A model generated the notes under the pieces. That model did not search any database. It saw nothing but the letters and a program-made list of their open reading frames with translations, and was not told the DNA's origin. From Macrostomum lignano (lineage: Eukaryota), in contig NIVC01000850.1 in the NCBI GenBank assembly GCA_002269645.1, positions 310,001-374,000 on the forward strand: DNA of 64,000 bases. Direction: 5' to 3'. Below are positions 1 to 10,985 of this stretch, piece after piece (within the stretch, counting starts at the first letter, position 1; the number at the start of each line of letters is the position of its first letter). The translations under genes and the position numbers were made by a program.

Positions 1-328
1 TCGCCGCTGCCAGAGCCGCCGAGCTGCAGCACCTGGAGTCTCAGCTGGGCCTGGTGTCCAGCGGCTTCGTCCACGGACTGCAGCGGCTTCCCCGGCGAAT
101 GCGACGACGGGCGGCCAGTCATAATCCGCGTCGGTTGCCGTTGCGACTCCGGCGCTCGACGTTCAACGAGGCCCAGGCGCTGATGGCCAAGCAGAAGCTG
201 CGCCGGCAGCAGAAGAAACGCTTGAAGCGACTGTTCCGAAGGCGGAACCGGACTAGGCTGGGGAAAGAGCGGCCTGATTGGCTGGCCACGCACCTGTGGC
301 ACGCCAAGCGGTTTCATATGGTGACCAA
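1..328 (+). CDS. POP1: POP1 (RNase P/MRP subunit), internal exon; 5' end lies outside the window
   Basis: The frame from base 3 reads AAARAAELQHL...QRLPRRMRRRAASHNPRRLP...WLATHLWHAKRFHMVTK, the POP1 N-terminal signature motifs (RxMRRRAxSHN; WLxTHxWHAKRFHM). Donor AA|GTGAGT at 329. Confidence 0.95.
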
Positions 329-397
329 GTGAGTGCATTCTTGGCTGAACTAATTGCGTATGAAAACTGAACCTGTTGCTTAACAACGCATCTAACA

Positions 398-2165
398 ACC
401 CATGGGAACCGCCCCTGATAACCCTTGAGAATCGCCCCTGATAACCCTTAAGAATCGCCCCTGATAACCCTTGAGAATCGCCCCTGATAACCCGAGCGAA
501 TCGCCCCTGATAACCCTTAAGAATCGTCCCTGATAACCCTTGAGAATCGCCCCTGATAACCCTTGAGAATCGCCCCTGATAACCCTTGAGAATCGCCCCT
601 GATAACCCGAGCGAAGCGCCCCTGATAATCCATAAGAATCGCCCCTGATAATCCGGGAGAATCGCCCCTAAAAACCCGGGAGAATCGCCCCTGACAACCT
701 ATGAGAATCGCCCCTGATAATCCATAAGAATCGCCCCTGATAATCCGGGAGAATCGCCCCTGATAACCCGGGAGAATCGCCCCTGACAACCTATGAGAAT
801 CGCCCCTGATAAGCCTTGAGAATCGCCCCTGATAATCCGGGAGAATCGCCCCTGATAACCCTTGAGAATCGCCCCTGATAACCCGAGCGAATCGCCCCTG
901 ATAACCCTTAAGAATCGCCCCTGATAACCCTTGAGAATCGCCCCTGATAACCCTTGAGAATCGCCCCTGATAACCCTTGAGAATCGCCCCTGATAACCCG
1001 AGCGAAGCGCCCCTGATAATCCATAAGAATCGCCCCTGATAATCCGGGAGAATCGCCCCTAAAAACCCGGGAGAATCGCCCCTGACAACCTATGAGAATC
1101 GCCCCTGATAATCCATAAGAATCGCCCCTGATAATCCGGGAGAATCGCCCCTGATAACCCGGGAGAATCGCCCCTGACAACCTATGAGAATCGCCCCTGA
1201 TAATCCATAAGAATCGCCCCTGATAACCCGGGAGAATCGCCCCTGATAACCCGAGCGAATCGCCCCTGATAATCCATAAGAATCGCCCCTGATAATCCGG
1301 GAGAATCGCCCCTGATAACCCGGGAGAATCGCCCCTGACAACCTATGAGAATCGCCCCTGATAAGCCTTGAGAATCGCCCCTGATAATCCATAAGAATCG
1401 CCCCTGATAACCCGGGAGAATCGCCCCTGATAATCCATAAGAATCGCCCCTGATAACCCATGAGAATCGCCCCTGATAACCCTTGAGAATCGCCCCTGAT
1501 AACCCATGAGAATCGCCCCTGTTAACCCATAAGAATCGCCCCTGATAATTCATAACAATCGCCCCTGATAACTCATGAGAATCGCCCCTGATAACCCGTG
1601 AGAATCGCCCCTGATAAGCCTTGAGAATCGCCCCTGATAACCCTTGAGAATCGCCCCTGATAACCCATGAGAATCGCCCCTGATAACCCTTGAGAATCTC
1701 CCCTGATAACCCTTGAGAATCGCCCCTGATAACCCATGAGAATCGCCCCTGATATCCCTTGAGAATCTCCCCTGATAAACCTTGAGAATCGCCCCTGACA
1801 ACCCGGCAGAATCGCCCCTGATAACCCTTGAGAATCTCCCCTGATAAACCTTGAGAATCTCCCCTGATAACCCTTGAGAATCGCCCCTGACAACCCGGCA
1901 GAATCGCCCCTGATAACCCTTGAGAATCGCCCCTGACAACCCGGCAGAATCGCCCCTGACAACCCGGCAGAATCGCCCCTGATAACCCGGCAGAATAGCC
2001 CCTGACAACCCGGCAGAATCGCCCCTGACAACCCGGCAGAATCGCCCCTGATAACCCGGCAGAATCGCCCCTGACAACCCGGCAGAATCGCCCCTGACAA
2101 CCCGGCAGAATCGCCCCTGATAACCCGGCAGAATCGCCCCTGACAACCCGGCAGAAACGCCCTCA
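398..2165. repeat. 23-bp minisatellite (GAGAATCGCCCCTGATAACCCTT, about 75 copies) filling POP1 intron 329-2202
   Basis: Periodicity read directly; contains a 391-bp (17-unit) internal block duplication. Confidence 0.95.
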
Positions 2166-2202
2166 ATAACCAGCTAAAACCTGAATCGCACGCCTATCGC
2201 AG

Positions 2203-2702
2203 ATGGGGCTACCGCCTCGCCGAGCGGCCCACCGACAAAATTCTCCGACCGTGTCTTCGCGCAGCCGCCCGTGGCGCTCTGCTTCACGACGCCTCCTACC
2301 TGCACCCCTGCCTGCTCTCAGGCCCCGCATCCAGCCTGGCCAATATCCTGGCTCGCCTATTAGACCCTGATGAAGCTGCCAGACTCCGCAGCCGCCTGCT
2401 ATCTGATCGTCAATTCTCGATGAACCTGACTGTACACCGAGTGGACAGCTATCCCTTGAACTGCTTGGGACCGGTGCGGCTGGACGGTCTGGCCACCGGT
2501 ACCTGCTGGCTGTGGTGTCATCCATTATTCAGCTCTCGGTTGACTGTTGAATTGGAGACGGCTGTGAGATCTGATGGGGAATCTGAGAGCAGCGCCAATC
2601 GGGTGGCAGTTGATTGGCAACGAGACCAGTTTTGTTGTTATCGACTGTTTGGACCGGCCGTTGAGGATATCATGGACAAGTTCTTAACGCAACCGCCCGA
2701 CG
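2203..2702 (+). CDS. POP1: POP1 internal exon
   Basis: Acceptor CGCAG| at 2202. The join with the previous exon restores K-W-G-Y-R-L-A-E-R-P-T-D-K, followed by LHDASY, YPLNCLGPV and WLWCHP, all matching POP1. The probable donor G|GTTGGT at 2703 is phase-compatible with the next exon. Confidence 0.9.
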
Positions 2703-2740
2703 GTTGGTGTCCTAGATAATTGTTCATTTATTAGTCTAGT

Positions 2741-3850
2741 TTTATCCCCAAATAGCCCACACTTTTATCCCCAAATATCCCAAACTTTTATCCACAAATA
2801 TCCCACACTTTTATCCCCAAATATCCCACACATTTGTCCCCAAATATCCCACATATTTATCCTTAATCCCCCACAGATTTGTGCCCAAATATCCTACAAA
2901 TTTATCCCAAATATCCCACATATTTGTCCCCAAATATCCCGCAAATTTATCCCAAATATCCCACACATTTGTCCCCAAATATCCCAAACATTTATCCCCA
3001 AATATCCCCACATGTTTATCCCCAAATATCCCACACATTTATCCCCAAATATCCCACACATTTATCCCCAAATATCCCACACATTTGTCCCCAAATATCC
3101 CGCACATTTATCCCCAAATATCCCGCACATTTATCCCCAAATATCCCACACATTTGTCCCCAAATATCCCACACATTTATCCCCAAATATCTTACACTTT
3201 TATCCCCAAAAATCCCACAAATTTATCCCCAAATATCCCACATGTTTATCCCCAAATATCCCACAAATTTATCCACAAATATCCCACACATTTATCCCCA
3301 AATATCCCACATGTTTATCCCCAAATATCCCACAAATTCATCCACAAATATCCCACATGTTTATCCCCAAATATCCCACATGTTTATCCCCAAATATCCC
3401 ACATGTTTATCCCCAAATATCCCACATGTTTATCCCCAAATATCCCACATGTTTATCCCCAAATATCCCACAAATTCATCCACAAATATCCCACATGTTT
3501 ATCCCCAAATATCCCACATGTTTATCCCCAAATATCCCACATGTTTATCCCCAAATATCCCACATGTTTATCCCCAAATATCCCACAAATTCATCCACAA
3601 ATATCCCACATGTTTATCCCCAAATATCCCACATGTTTATCCCCAAATATCCCACATGTTTATCCCCAAATATCCCACATGTTTATCCCCAAATATCCCA
3701 CATGTTTATCCCCAAATATCCCACAAATTTATCCACAAATATCCCAAACATTTATCCCTAATCCCCCACACATTTATCCCAAAATATCCCACAAATTTAT
3801 CCCCAAATATCCCACAAATTTATCCTCAAATATCCCACACATTTGTCCCC
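2741..3850. repeat. 22-23-bp minisatellite (TTTATCCCCAAATATCCCACACA) filling POP1 intron 2703-3928
   Basis: Periodicity read directly; explains the ORFs at 2879, 2881 (5' part) and 3012. Confidence 0.95.
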
Positions 3851-3928
3851 TAGTATTTTACATAATTATCCCATCATCACACACTTCTATCCCCAAGAAC
3901 TCAACTCCCATATCTGATCACACCCCAG

Positions 3929-4842
3929 GCCTCTCAGCCGAAGCCCAGTCCCACTGGAATCGCTGGTTGAACCGTCGAAGTCAGTCAAGCGACACTCTGC
4001 ACAGTGTGCAGCTGCTGGTGTCCACCTTGCCAGATCAGCAGCAGTGCCGCGTACCTCGCGACATCCCGACTCTGCCAGCGACCTCCGCCGTCAGCGACGC
4101 TCTCGGCGTGCCGCTGACTTCTTCAACGTCAATAGCAGCGGTTGAAGCCTCTGAAGGTCAGCTGCTCCAGCTTACCCTGCTCCGCCGAGGCCGCTGTCCT
4201 CAGTCGGCGAGCTGGGACATCGTGACACCGCGGCAAGGCTCTGCGGCGTCCTCCGCTCGCCGTGTGTGGTTCTCTCTGGTGTCCCGCTGCCCCATTCAGG
4301 TCGGCGGCCTGCGGGAACTGGCCCTGGCCGAGGCGGAGCTCGAGTCCCAGTCCGCTTGGTCGTTTCCGGCCGGGTTCCCCGACTCGGTTGCTGCGCCGGC
4401 GCCGCTGGGAGACGGCCTGGATCATCTGGTTCGCGACCGGCGGCTGCTGTCGGTCTTGGACCGGCTGGTTCGAGCTCGGCTGCCGGCCGGGTCGCCAAGA
4501 TTCACGTCGCACCACGCGTTGATGCTTCGGCCGAGTCTGTCAACGTCCGGAGTTCGAATCCGGATCAGACCGATCGAAGCCGGACTGCCGAGAGTTGGAG
4601 GCGAACTGCTGGCGTGGTGTCGGGATGGCGGCGGCAGCTGGGCCCGTCTGGGACGGGTGCTGGACGGCAGGCAGTCCAACCGGACCGGTCAGGCCACTGG
4701 GGAGGCAGTGGTCTCTCTAATCAGTCTGATTGAATCTGCCAATCAAGGCGGCCGAGGCTTGAACTGCGGCTGGTTCGGGTTCAGAAATCCGCGGTCGTCT
4801 GCGGTGCGAAAGTGCCGATTGGAAGTGCCGGGGTGGGACTGA
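3929..4842 (+). CDS. POP1: POP1 last coding exon (POPLD region and C-terminal domain)
   Basis: Acceptor CCCCAG| at 3928 with branch-like CTGAT at 3914; phase-1 join G|GC. Encodes SWDIVTP..VWFSLV..VGGLRE..FPAGFPDS and the C-terminal LGRVLDG..GEAVVSL..FRNPRSSAVRKCRLEV; TGA at 4840-4842. Confidence 0.9.
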
Positions 4843-4909
4843 TCGTTTGAGGATTCGATCTGCGATATTGAATTTCATTTAGGCAATCTTTAATCTATTA
4901 CTAACTCAT

Positions 4910-4920
4910 TGTATCATAAA
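4910..4920 (+). other. Possible variant polyadenylation signal of POP1 (TGTA followed by CATAAA)
   Basis: TGTA at 4910 and CATAAA at 4915-4920, about 70 nt after the stop; motif match only. Confidence 0.25.
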
Positions 4921-4943
4921 CTTCCCTAAGTATCCCTTTTCTA

Positions 4944-5470
4944 AATCCCACTATCCCATCGTTTGAATCCCATTCTCAAGTCACATTATCCCATTCCTAA
5001 ATACCATTATCCCATTCCCAAATCTCATTATCCCATTCCCGAATCCCATCATCCCATTCCCATATCTCATTATCCCATTCCTAAATACCATTATCCCATT
5101 CCCAAATCTCATTATCCCATTCCCGAATCCCATCATCCCATTCCCATATCTCATTATCCCATTCCTAAATACCATTTTCCCATTCCCAAATCCCATTATC
5201 CCATTCCCAAATCCCATTATCCCATTCCTAAATACCATTATCCCATTCCCAAATCCCATTATCCCATTCCTAAATACCATTATCCCATTCCTAAATGCCA
5301 TTATCCCATTCCTTAGTTCTATTTTCCCATTCCCAAATCCCATTATCCCATTCCTAAATACCATTATCCCATTCCCAAATCCCATTATCCCATTCCTAAA
5401 TACCATTATCCCATTCCTAAATGCCATTATCCCATTCCTTAGTTCTATTTTCCCATTCCTAAATCCCATA
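4944..5470. repeat. 21-bp minisatellite (ATTATCCCATTCCTAAATACC); second copy at 10986-11330
   Basis: Direct periodicity. Confidence 0.9.
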
Positions 5471-5963
5471 AACACATCCCTATAGTTTCGTTTTCTGTTC
5501 CTTAGTTCCTTTTGACTGACAAGGTTGTTTAACGCAATTATTATTTCGTAATGAAAACTCAATAATGTTTCGTTAAAGCTTTTATATGCGATTGCTGGCA
5601 TTTGTAATGCTTTTAATTTAGTCTGAAACGAGAATATAGTACAGCTTGATGCCTTTGCGCACATTGCAAATCCGTTTTTGTCGAGGAAAACCGTTTTTGG
5701 AAAAAATATTTTGCATTTTTTCCTTTTTATCGGCACATTCTACTACATATTTCGCTATTCCTACTTGCAGTAGACTGTTTAGAAGATAGCAGAATATTGA
5801 TCTCAAACTACTGCCGAATTGCCAAATTTGCAACTACGGCTCAATGGAGATGATATCGCCTTTTTTAATATTGCCAAGATAAAAGTTGCAGGGCTGAGAT
5901 TATAAAAATAGGATTGAGATTAGGCATAGTCGAGATAAGATACGGATAAGATTGTATATTATA

Positions 5964-6345
5964 CACTGGTCAGATTAGACATGATTGAGAATAGGCACTA
6001 CTGAGATTAGACACTGTAGAGATTAGGCAAAAGTGAAATTAGACCCTAGAGAGATTAGACAGAAGTGAGATTAGACACTGGAGAGATTATGCACAAGTGA
6101 GATTAGATACTGGAGAGATGAGACACAGGTGAGATGAGAGCAAACTGAGATTAGACACTGGTGAGATTTGAAATGAGTGAGATTAGACACTGGAGAGATT
6201 AGACACACAAAAGTGAGATTAGACACTGGAGAGATTAGACACAAGTGAGATTAGACCCTAGAGAGATTAGACACAAGTGAGATTAGACACTAGAGGTTAG
6301 AAACGAGTGAGATTAGACACTAGAGGTTAGAAACGAGTGATACAA
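5964..6345. repeat. Degenerate 16-bp minisatellite (GAGATTAGACACTGGA / GAGATTAGACACAAGT); second copy at about 11825-12135
   Basis: Direct periodicity. Confidence 0.85.
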
Positions 6346-6946
6346 GACAAAGCTGAGATGAGACGGGGCCAAGATTGACAAGAATATTAGTTATGCGTAT
6401 GCTAAGATTCAGTTGAGAGTTGGGATTACAGCATTAGGTTAAGCATATAAGTCGCAGTGCTTGTGTAGTTAAGGGCGGTTATAATTAATGCAAACAATTC
6501 CTTGAGCAGAGAGCAGAGCATAAATTAATAAATGAAGCAACTCCGACACTCTGAAAGAGTGAATAAAATCCAACTGGTTGCGCAATGGCCAAATTTGCGA
6601 TGCTCGTGAAGGCAGGGGGGGAGAGAGAAATAGTCAATTTAATACCAGTAGAATTATATTGCTAGAAACTCTTGTGCTACAGTTGAACTTACGGATGCAG
6701 ATCGATGCTTTTTGTCAATAGATTTCTTACTGCAGTACGTCTGCGATCTGTAGCGTGTAACCACGATGTGTAAGCATAGTGTGCTTTGGGCAATATTGGT
6801 AATCAGTTGATCCCTTATTGCTAGCGGGTCAAAATGCTAACTTGCAAGGGGAACTGATGTCTGGATGGGATTAGTTGGTGAAAATTTGCATGCAAGGCTT
6901 GTAGCTTTTATCTGGGATCCTGCTTGTAGATTGCTTCTTACGGCTA

Positions 6947-7262
6947 CATGACTGGAGTGCTCAGTCTAAATGACTGGAGTGCCTAGTCTAAATGACTGGA
7001 GTGCCCAGACAAAATGACTGGAGTGCCCAGACTGAATGACTGGAGTGCCCAGTCTAAATGACTGGATCAGTGCCCAGTCTAAATGACTGGAGTGCCCAGT
7101 CTAAATGATTGGAGTGCCCAGTCTAAATGATTGGAGTGCCCAGTCTAAATGATTGGAGTGCCCAGACTGAATGATTCAAGTGCCCAGACGGAATGATTGG
7201 AGTGCCCAGACTGAATGATTGGAGTGCCCAGACTGAATGATTGGAGTGCCCAGTCTAAATGA
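6947..7262. repeat. 22-bp minisatellite (AATGACTGGAGTGCCCAGTCTA) with an internal hairpin; second copy at 12746-13236
   Basis: Direct periodicity; GACTGG and CCAGTC are reverse complements within each unit. Confidence 0.9.
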
Positions 7263-7334
7263 TGTTAAAAAGTTTCTTTTAAATGTTATTTCTCTGCTCA
7301 GATTATTTATTTTGAGAAGGAGAAAAGACAGAAA

Positions 7335-8828
7335 AGGAGAGGGGAGAGAGGGAGAGGGAACGAGGGAGAGGGAGAAGGGAGAGTGAGAGAGAAGGAGAGA
7401 GAAAGAGAGGGAGAGGGAGAGAGGGAGAGGGAACGAGGGAGAGGGAGAAGGGAGAGAGAGGGAGAAGGAGAGAGAAAGAGAGGGAGAGGGAGAGAGGGAG
7501 AGGGAACGAGGGAGAGGGAGAAGGGAGAGAGAGGGAGAAGGAGAGAGAAAGAGAGGGAGAGGGAGAGAGGGAGAGGGAGGGAGAGAGGGAGAGATGGAGA
7601 AGGAGAGAGGAAGAGGGAGTGAAGGAGAGGGATATAGGGAGAGGGAGTGAAGGAGAGGGATATAGGGAGAGGGAGTGAAGGAGAGGGATATAGGGAGAGG
7701 GAGTGAAGGAGAGGGATATAGGGAGAGGGAGTGAAGGAGAGGAAGAGGGAGAGGGAGAGAGGGAGATGGCAGAGAGGAGAGAGGGAGATGGGAGAGGAAG
7801 AAGACGGAGAGAGGGAGAGGGAGTGAAGGAGAGGGAAAGAGGAGAGAGGGAGATGGGAGAGGAAGGAGAGGGAGAGAGGAAGAGGGAGTGAAGGAGAGGG
7901 AGAGAGGGAGTGAAGGAGAGGGAGAGAGGGAGATGGGAGAGGAAGGAGAGGGAGAGAGGAAGAGGGAGTGAAGGAGAGGGAGAGAGGAAGAGGCAGTGAA
8001 GGAGAGGGAGAGAGGGAGAGGAAGATGGAGAAGGAGAGAGGGAGATGGCAGAGAGAGAGAGGGAGATGGGAGAGAGGAAGAGGGAGTGAAGGAGAGGGAG
8101 AGAGGGAGAGGAAGATGGAGAAGGAGAGAGGGAGATGGCAGAGAGAGAGAGGGAGATGGGAGAGAGGAAGAGGGAGTGAAGGAGAGGGAGAGAGGGAGAG
8201 GAAGATGGAGAAGGAGAGAGGGAGATGGCAGAGAGAGAGAGGGAGATGGGAGAGAGGAAGAGGGAGTGAAGGAGAGGGAGAGAGGAAGAGGGAGTGAAGG
8301 AGAGGGAAAGAGGAGAGAGGGAGATGGGAGAGGAAGGAGAGGGAGAGAGGAAGAGGGAGTGAAGGAGAGGGAGAGAGGGAGTGAAGGAGAGGGAGAGAGG
8401 GAGATGGGAGAGGAAGGAGAGGGAGAGAGGAAGAGGGAGTGAAGGAGAGGGAGAGAGGAAGAGGCAGTGAAGGAGAGGGAGAGAGGGAGAGGAAGATGGA
8501 GAAGGAGAGAGGGAGATGGCAGAGAGAGAGAGGGAGATGGGAGAGAGGAAGAGGGAGTGAAGGAGAGGGAGAGAGGGAGAGGAAGATGGAGAAGGAGAGA
8601 GGGAGATGGCAGAGAGAGAGAGGGAGATGGGAGAGAGGAAGAGGGAGTGAAGGAGAGGGAGAGAGGGAGAGGAAGATGGAGAAGGAGAGAGGGAGATGGC
8701 AGAGAGAGAGAGGGAGATGGGAGAGAGGAAGAGGGAGTGAAGGAGAGGGAGAGAGGAAGAGGGAGTGAAGGAGAGGGAGAGAGGGAGATGGCAGAGAGAG
8801 AGAGGGAGATGGGAGAGGAAGGAGAGCA
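7335..8828. repeat. Complex GA-rich array; the counterpart in copy B (13300-13610) is a short, simple (GA)n
   Basis: Polypurine tract; the identical ORFs at 7968 and 8439 show a 471-bp internal duplication. Confidence 0.9.
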
Positions 8829-10380
8829 GGGATATAGATGAGGCAGATTCAGTAGTGGCAGCTTAGCTTCACAAGAGTATTTCTAAAATGATCGCAGCCT
8901 CAAAGTGGATTTTGCTGGCCAAAACGGTGAATGCTCAGCACCAGGTGACCGAGTCGCAAATCGGCTTAGCTTCTAAACTAATCTTGCACCTATGCTCATC
9001 TGTCACTCGCAGACGGATTTGTGAAATACCTGAAACTCATAATTCATAATTTTTCTTTGCTGTCAGTATGTTACAGAATCTAATAAATCATAGTAATTTT
9101 GTCTCGTTGAAAAACAGTAGTAGCTTATTAAACAGAGTTCCCTGAAATAATTTCAGATCCGAAGCTACAAAAATTGATAATAGAATAATTTTTCCCGCCA
9201 GCTACATAGTCGCTGGACTTTTCTGTGTGTTGGTGGACAGTTGATTAAACACTTAATTCAGTTGCCTGCAGGTAAACTTATGACTGAATGAGTCTTCAAT
9301 AAAAGTTTATCTTGTCTCTCTCTCTGTGGAAATGAATTGGGTTTCAAGCTTGTAGTGTGGAGGTAGAAGTCTCTATATACATGTGTAAATATAGTACTTA
9401 TAATTTTAGGAAATTGTTAAATTCAATGCGGGTAAATTGGCTGCTATTTCATTCAGTAGAGAATGGAGAGAAGGGAGAATGGAGAGAAGGGAGAATGGAG
9501 AGAAGGGAGAGTAGAGAGAAGGGAGAATGGAGAGAAGGGAGAATGGAGAGAAGGGAGAAGGGAGAGAAGGGAGAATGGAGAGAAGGGAGAATGGAGAGAA
9601 GGGAGAATGGAGAGAAGGGAGAATGGAGAGAAGGGAGAATGGAGAGAAGGGAGAATGGAGAGAAGGGAGAATGGAGAGAAGGGAGAGTGGAGAGAAGGGA
9701 GAGTAGAGAGAAGGGAGAATGGAGAGAAGGGAGAAGGGAGAGAAGGGAGAAGGGAGAGAAGGGAGAATGGAGAGAAGGGAGAATGGAGAGAAGGGAGAGA
9801 AGGCGGAAGGGATAGAAGGGAGAAGTGGAGGGGAGAAGGCAGAGGGGAGATTCGGCAGCCACAGGAGATTTAAGCATGCACTCTGCAGATGGGATGTGTA
9901 TGCATACTCACAGACTAATTACCAATTTCCGTTGTCTTGTCTGGCGATTTTCACCTGCACTTTACTCTCCCATCAATATCTATTATTGACAAAGTGTGTA
10001 TTCAGCTCGTCCAGAACAAGCTCTCACTTCTCTGCAGCTTCAGTTGGCTCCCCTAGCAGGTCTCCGTCTGTCACACCTGGCACACTTGGCTATTGTTCCA
10101 CACACTTATTCACACCGGCACATCTACACAGTGGGTCTCCCATATGAGGAGCGACTGCAAGAGCTGTAAGAATGTGCTTTTATTAATTCATTATGGTCAT
10201 AGATGTTAAAACTGAGAATTGTATCTGAGAGAAGTCTATAAAACTGCAATTTATATAAAAACTCCGGGAGTTGGTGGGGGCACATTGCTTGATAGGGCGG
10301 GGCAGATCTGTGATGAACTTTTGGCTGAAGCCATCTTTAACCGTGACACTACTGACTCTGCCTCATCTCTGCTCCCCTTC
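8815..10380. mobile_element. Foldback/MITE-like segment bounded by about 37-bp inverted repeats that abut complementary GA and CT arrays (second copy about 13604-15293)
   Basis: GGAGAGCAG(GGATAT)AGATGAGGCAGATTCAGTAGTGGC at about 8821-8859 versus GACACTACTGACTCTGCCTCATCTCTGCTCCCC at about 10345-10377 (copy B: TGCCACTACTGACTCTGCCTCATCTCTGCTCTCCTTCC at 15256-15293). No transposase or target-site duplication seen. Confidence 0.45.
9458..9800. repeat. 16-bp purine minisatellite (GGAGAGAAGGGAGAAT); second copy at about 14258-14720
   Basis: Direct periodicity. Confidence 0.9.
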
Positions 10381-10399
10381 CTTATTTCTTCTCTCTACT

Positions 10400-10985
10400 C
10401 TCGCTTCTCTCCCTTCTCCCCCCTCTCCCATCTCCCCTTTCTCCCTTCTCCCTTCTCCCCTCTCCCTTCTCCCCTCTCTCCCTTCTCCCCTCTCTCCCTT
10501 CTCCCCTCTCTCTCCCTTCTCCTCTCTCTCCCTTCTCCCCTCTCTCTCTTCTCCACTCTCTCCTTCTCTCTCTCTCCTTCTCCCTCTCTCTCCCTTCTCC
10601 CCTCACTTACTCCCCCTCTCCCTTCTCCCATCTCTCCCTTCCCCCCTCTTCCTTTTCCCCTCTCTCTCCCTTCTCCCCTCTCTCCATTCTCCCTTCTCTC
10701 CCTTCTCCCTTCTCTCCATTCTCCCTTCTTTCCCTTCTCCCCTCTCTCCCTTCTCCCCTCACTTACTCCCCCCTCTCCCTTCTCCCATCTCTCCCTTCCC
10801 CCCTCTTCCTTTTCCCCTCTCTCTCCCTTCTCCCCTCTCTCCATTCTCCCTTCTCTCCCTTCTCCCTTCTCTCCATTCTCCCTTCTTTCCCTTCTCCCCT
10901 CTCTCCCTTCTCCCCTCTCTCCCTTCTCCCCTCACTTACTCCCCCCTCTCCCTTCTCCCATCTCTCCCTTCCCCCCTCTTCCCCC
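10400..10985. repeat. CT-rich array (CTCTCCCTTCTCCCCT-like); second copy at 15340-15915
   Basis: Polypyrimidine array, approximately the reverse complement of the 16-bp purine unit. Confidence 0.9.

Larger units (their letters stand above)
4944..10985. repeat. Tandem segmental duplication, copy A (about 6.0 kb)
   Basis: Same order of unique blocks and arrays as copy B (e.g. 5461 vs 11323, 6361 vs 12159, 8821 vs 13604, 10141 vs 15053); unique parts are nearly identical. Confidence 0.9.

Noticed and set aside
517-2166. Minus-strand ORFs with GAILxGYQGRFSR repeats
   Set aside because: Translations of the 23-bp intronic array; several overlapping frames are equally open.
2879-3928. 653-aa ORF 2881-4842 as a single gene
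   Set aside because: The 5' half is the intron 2 minisatellite read through by chance; only 3929-4842 is POP1 coding, supported by splice phase.
9912-10175. Possible minus-strand exon (CTTACAG acceptor, GTGAGT donor) inside the duplicated unit
   Set aside because: Stops in all three frames in copy A, with no homology I can recognise; may be non-coding or chance.
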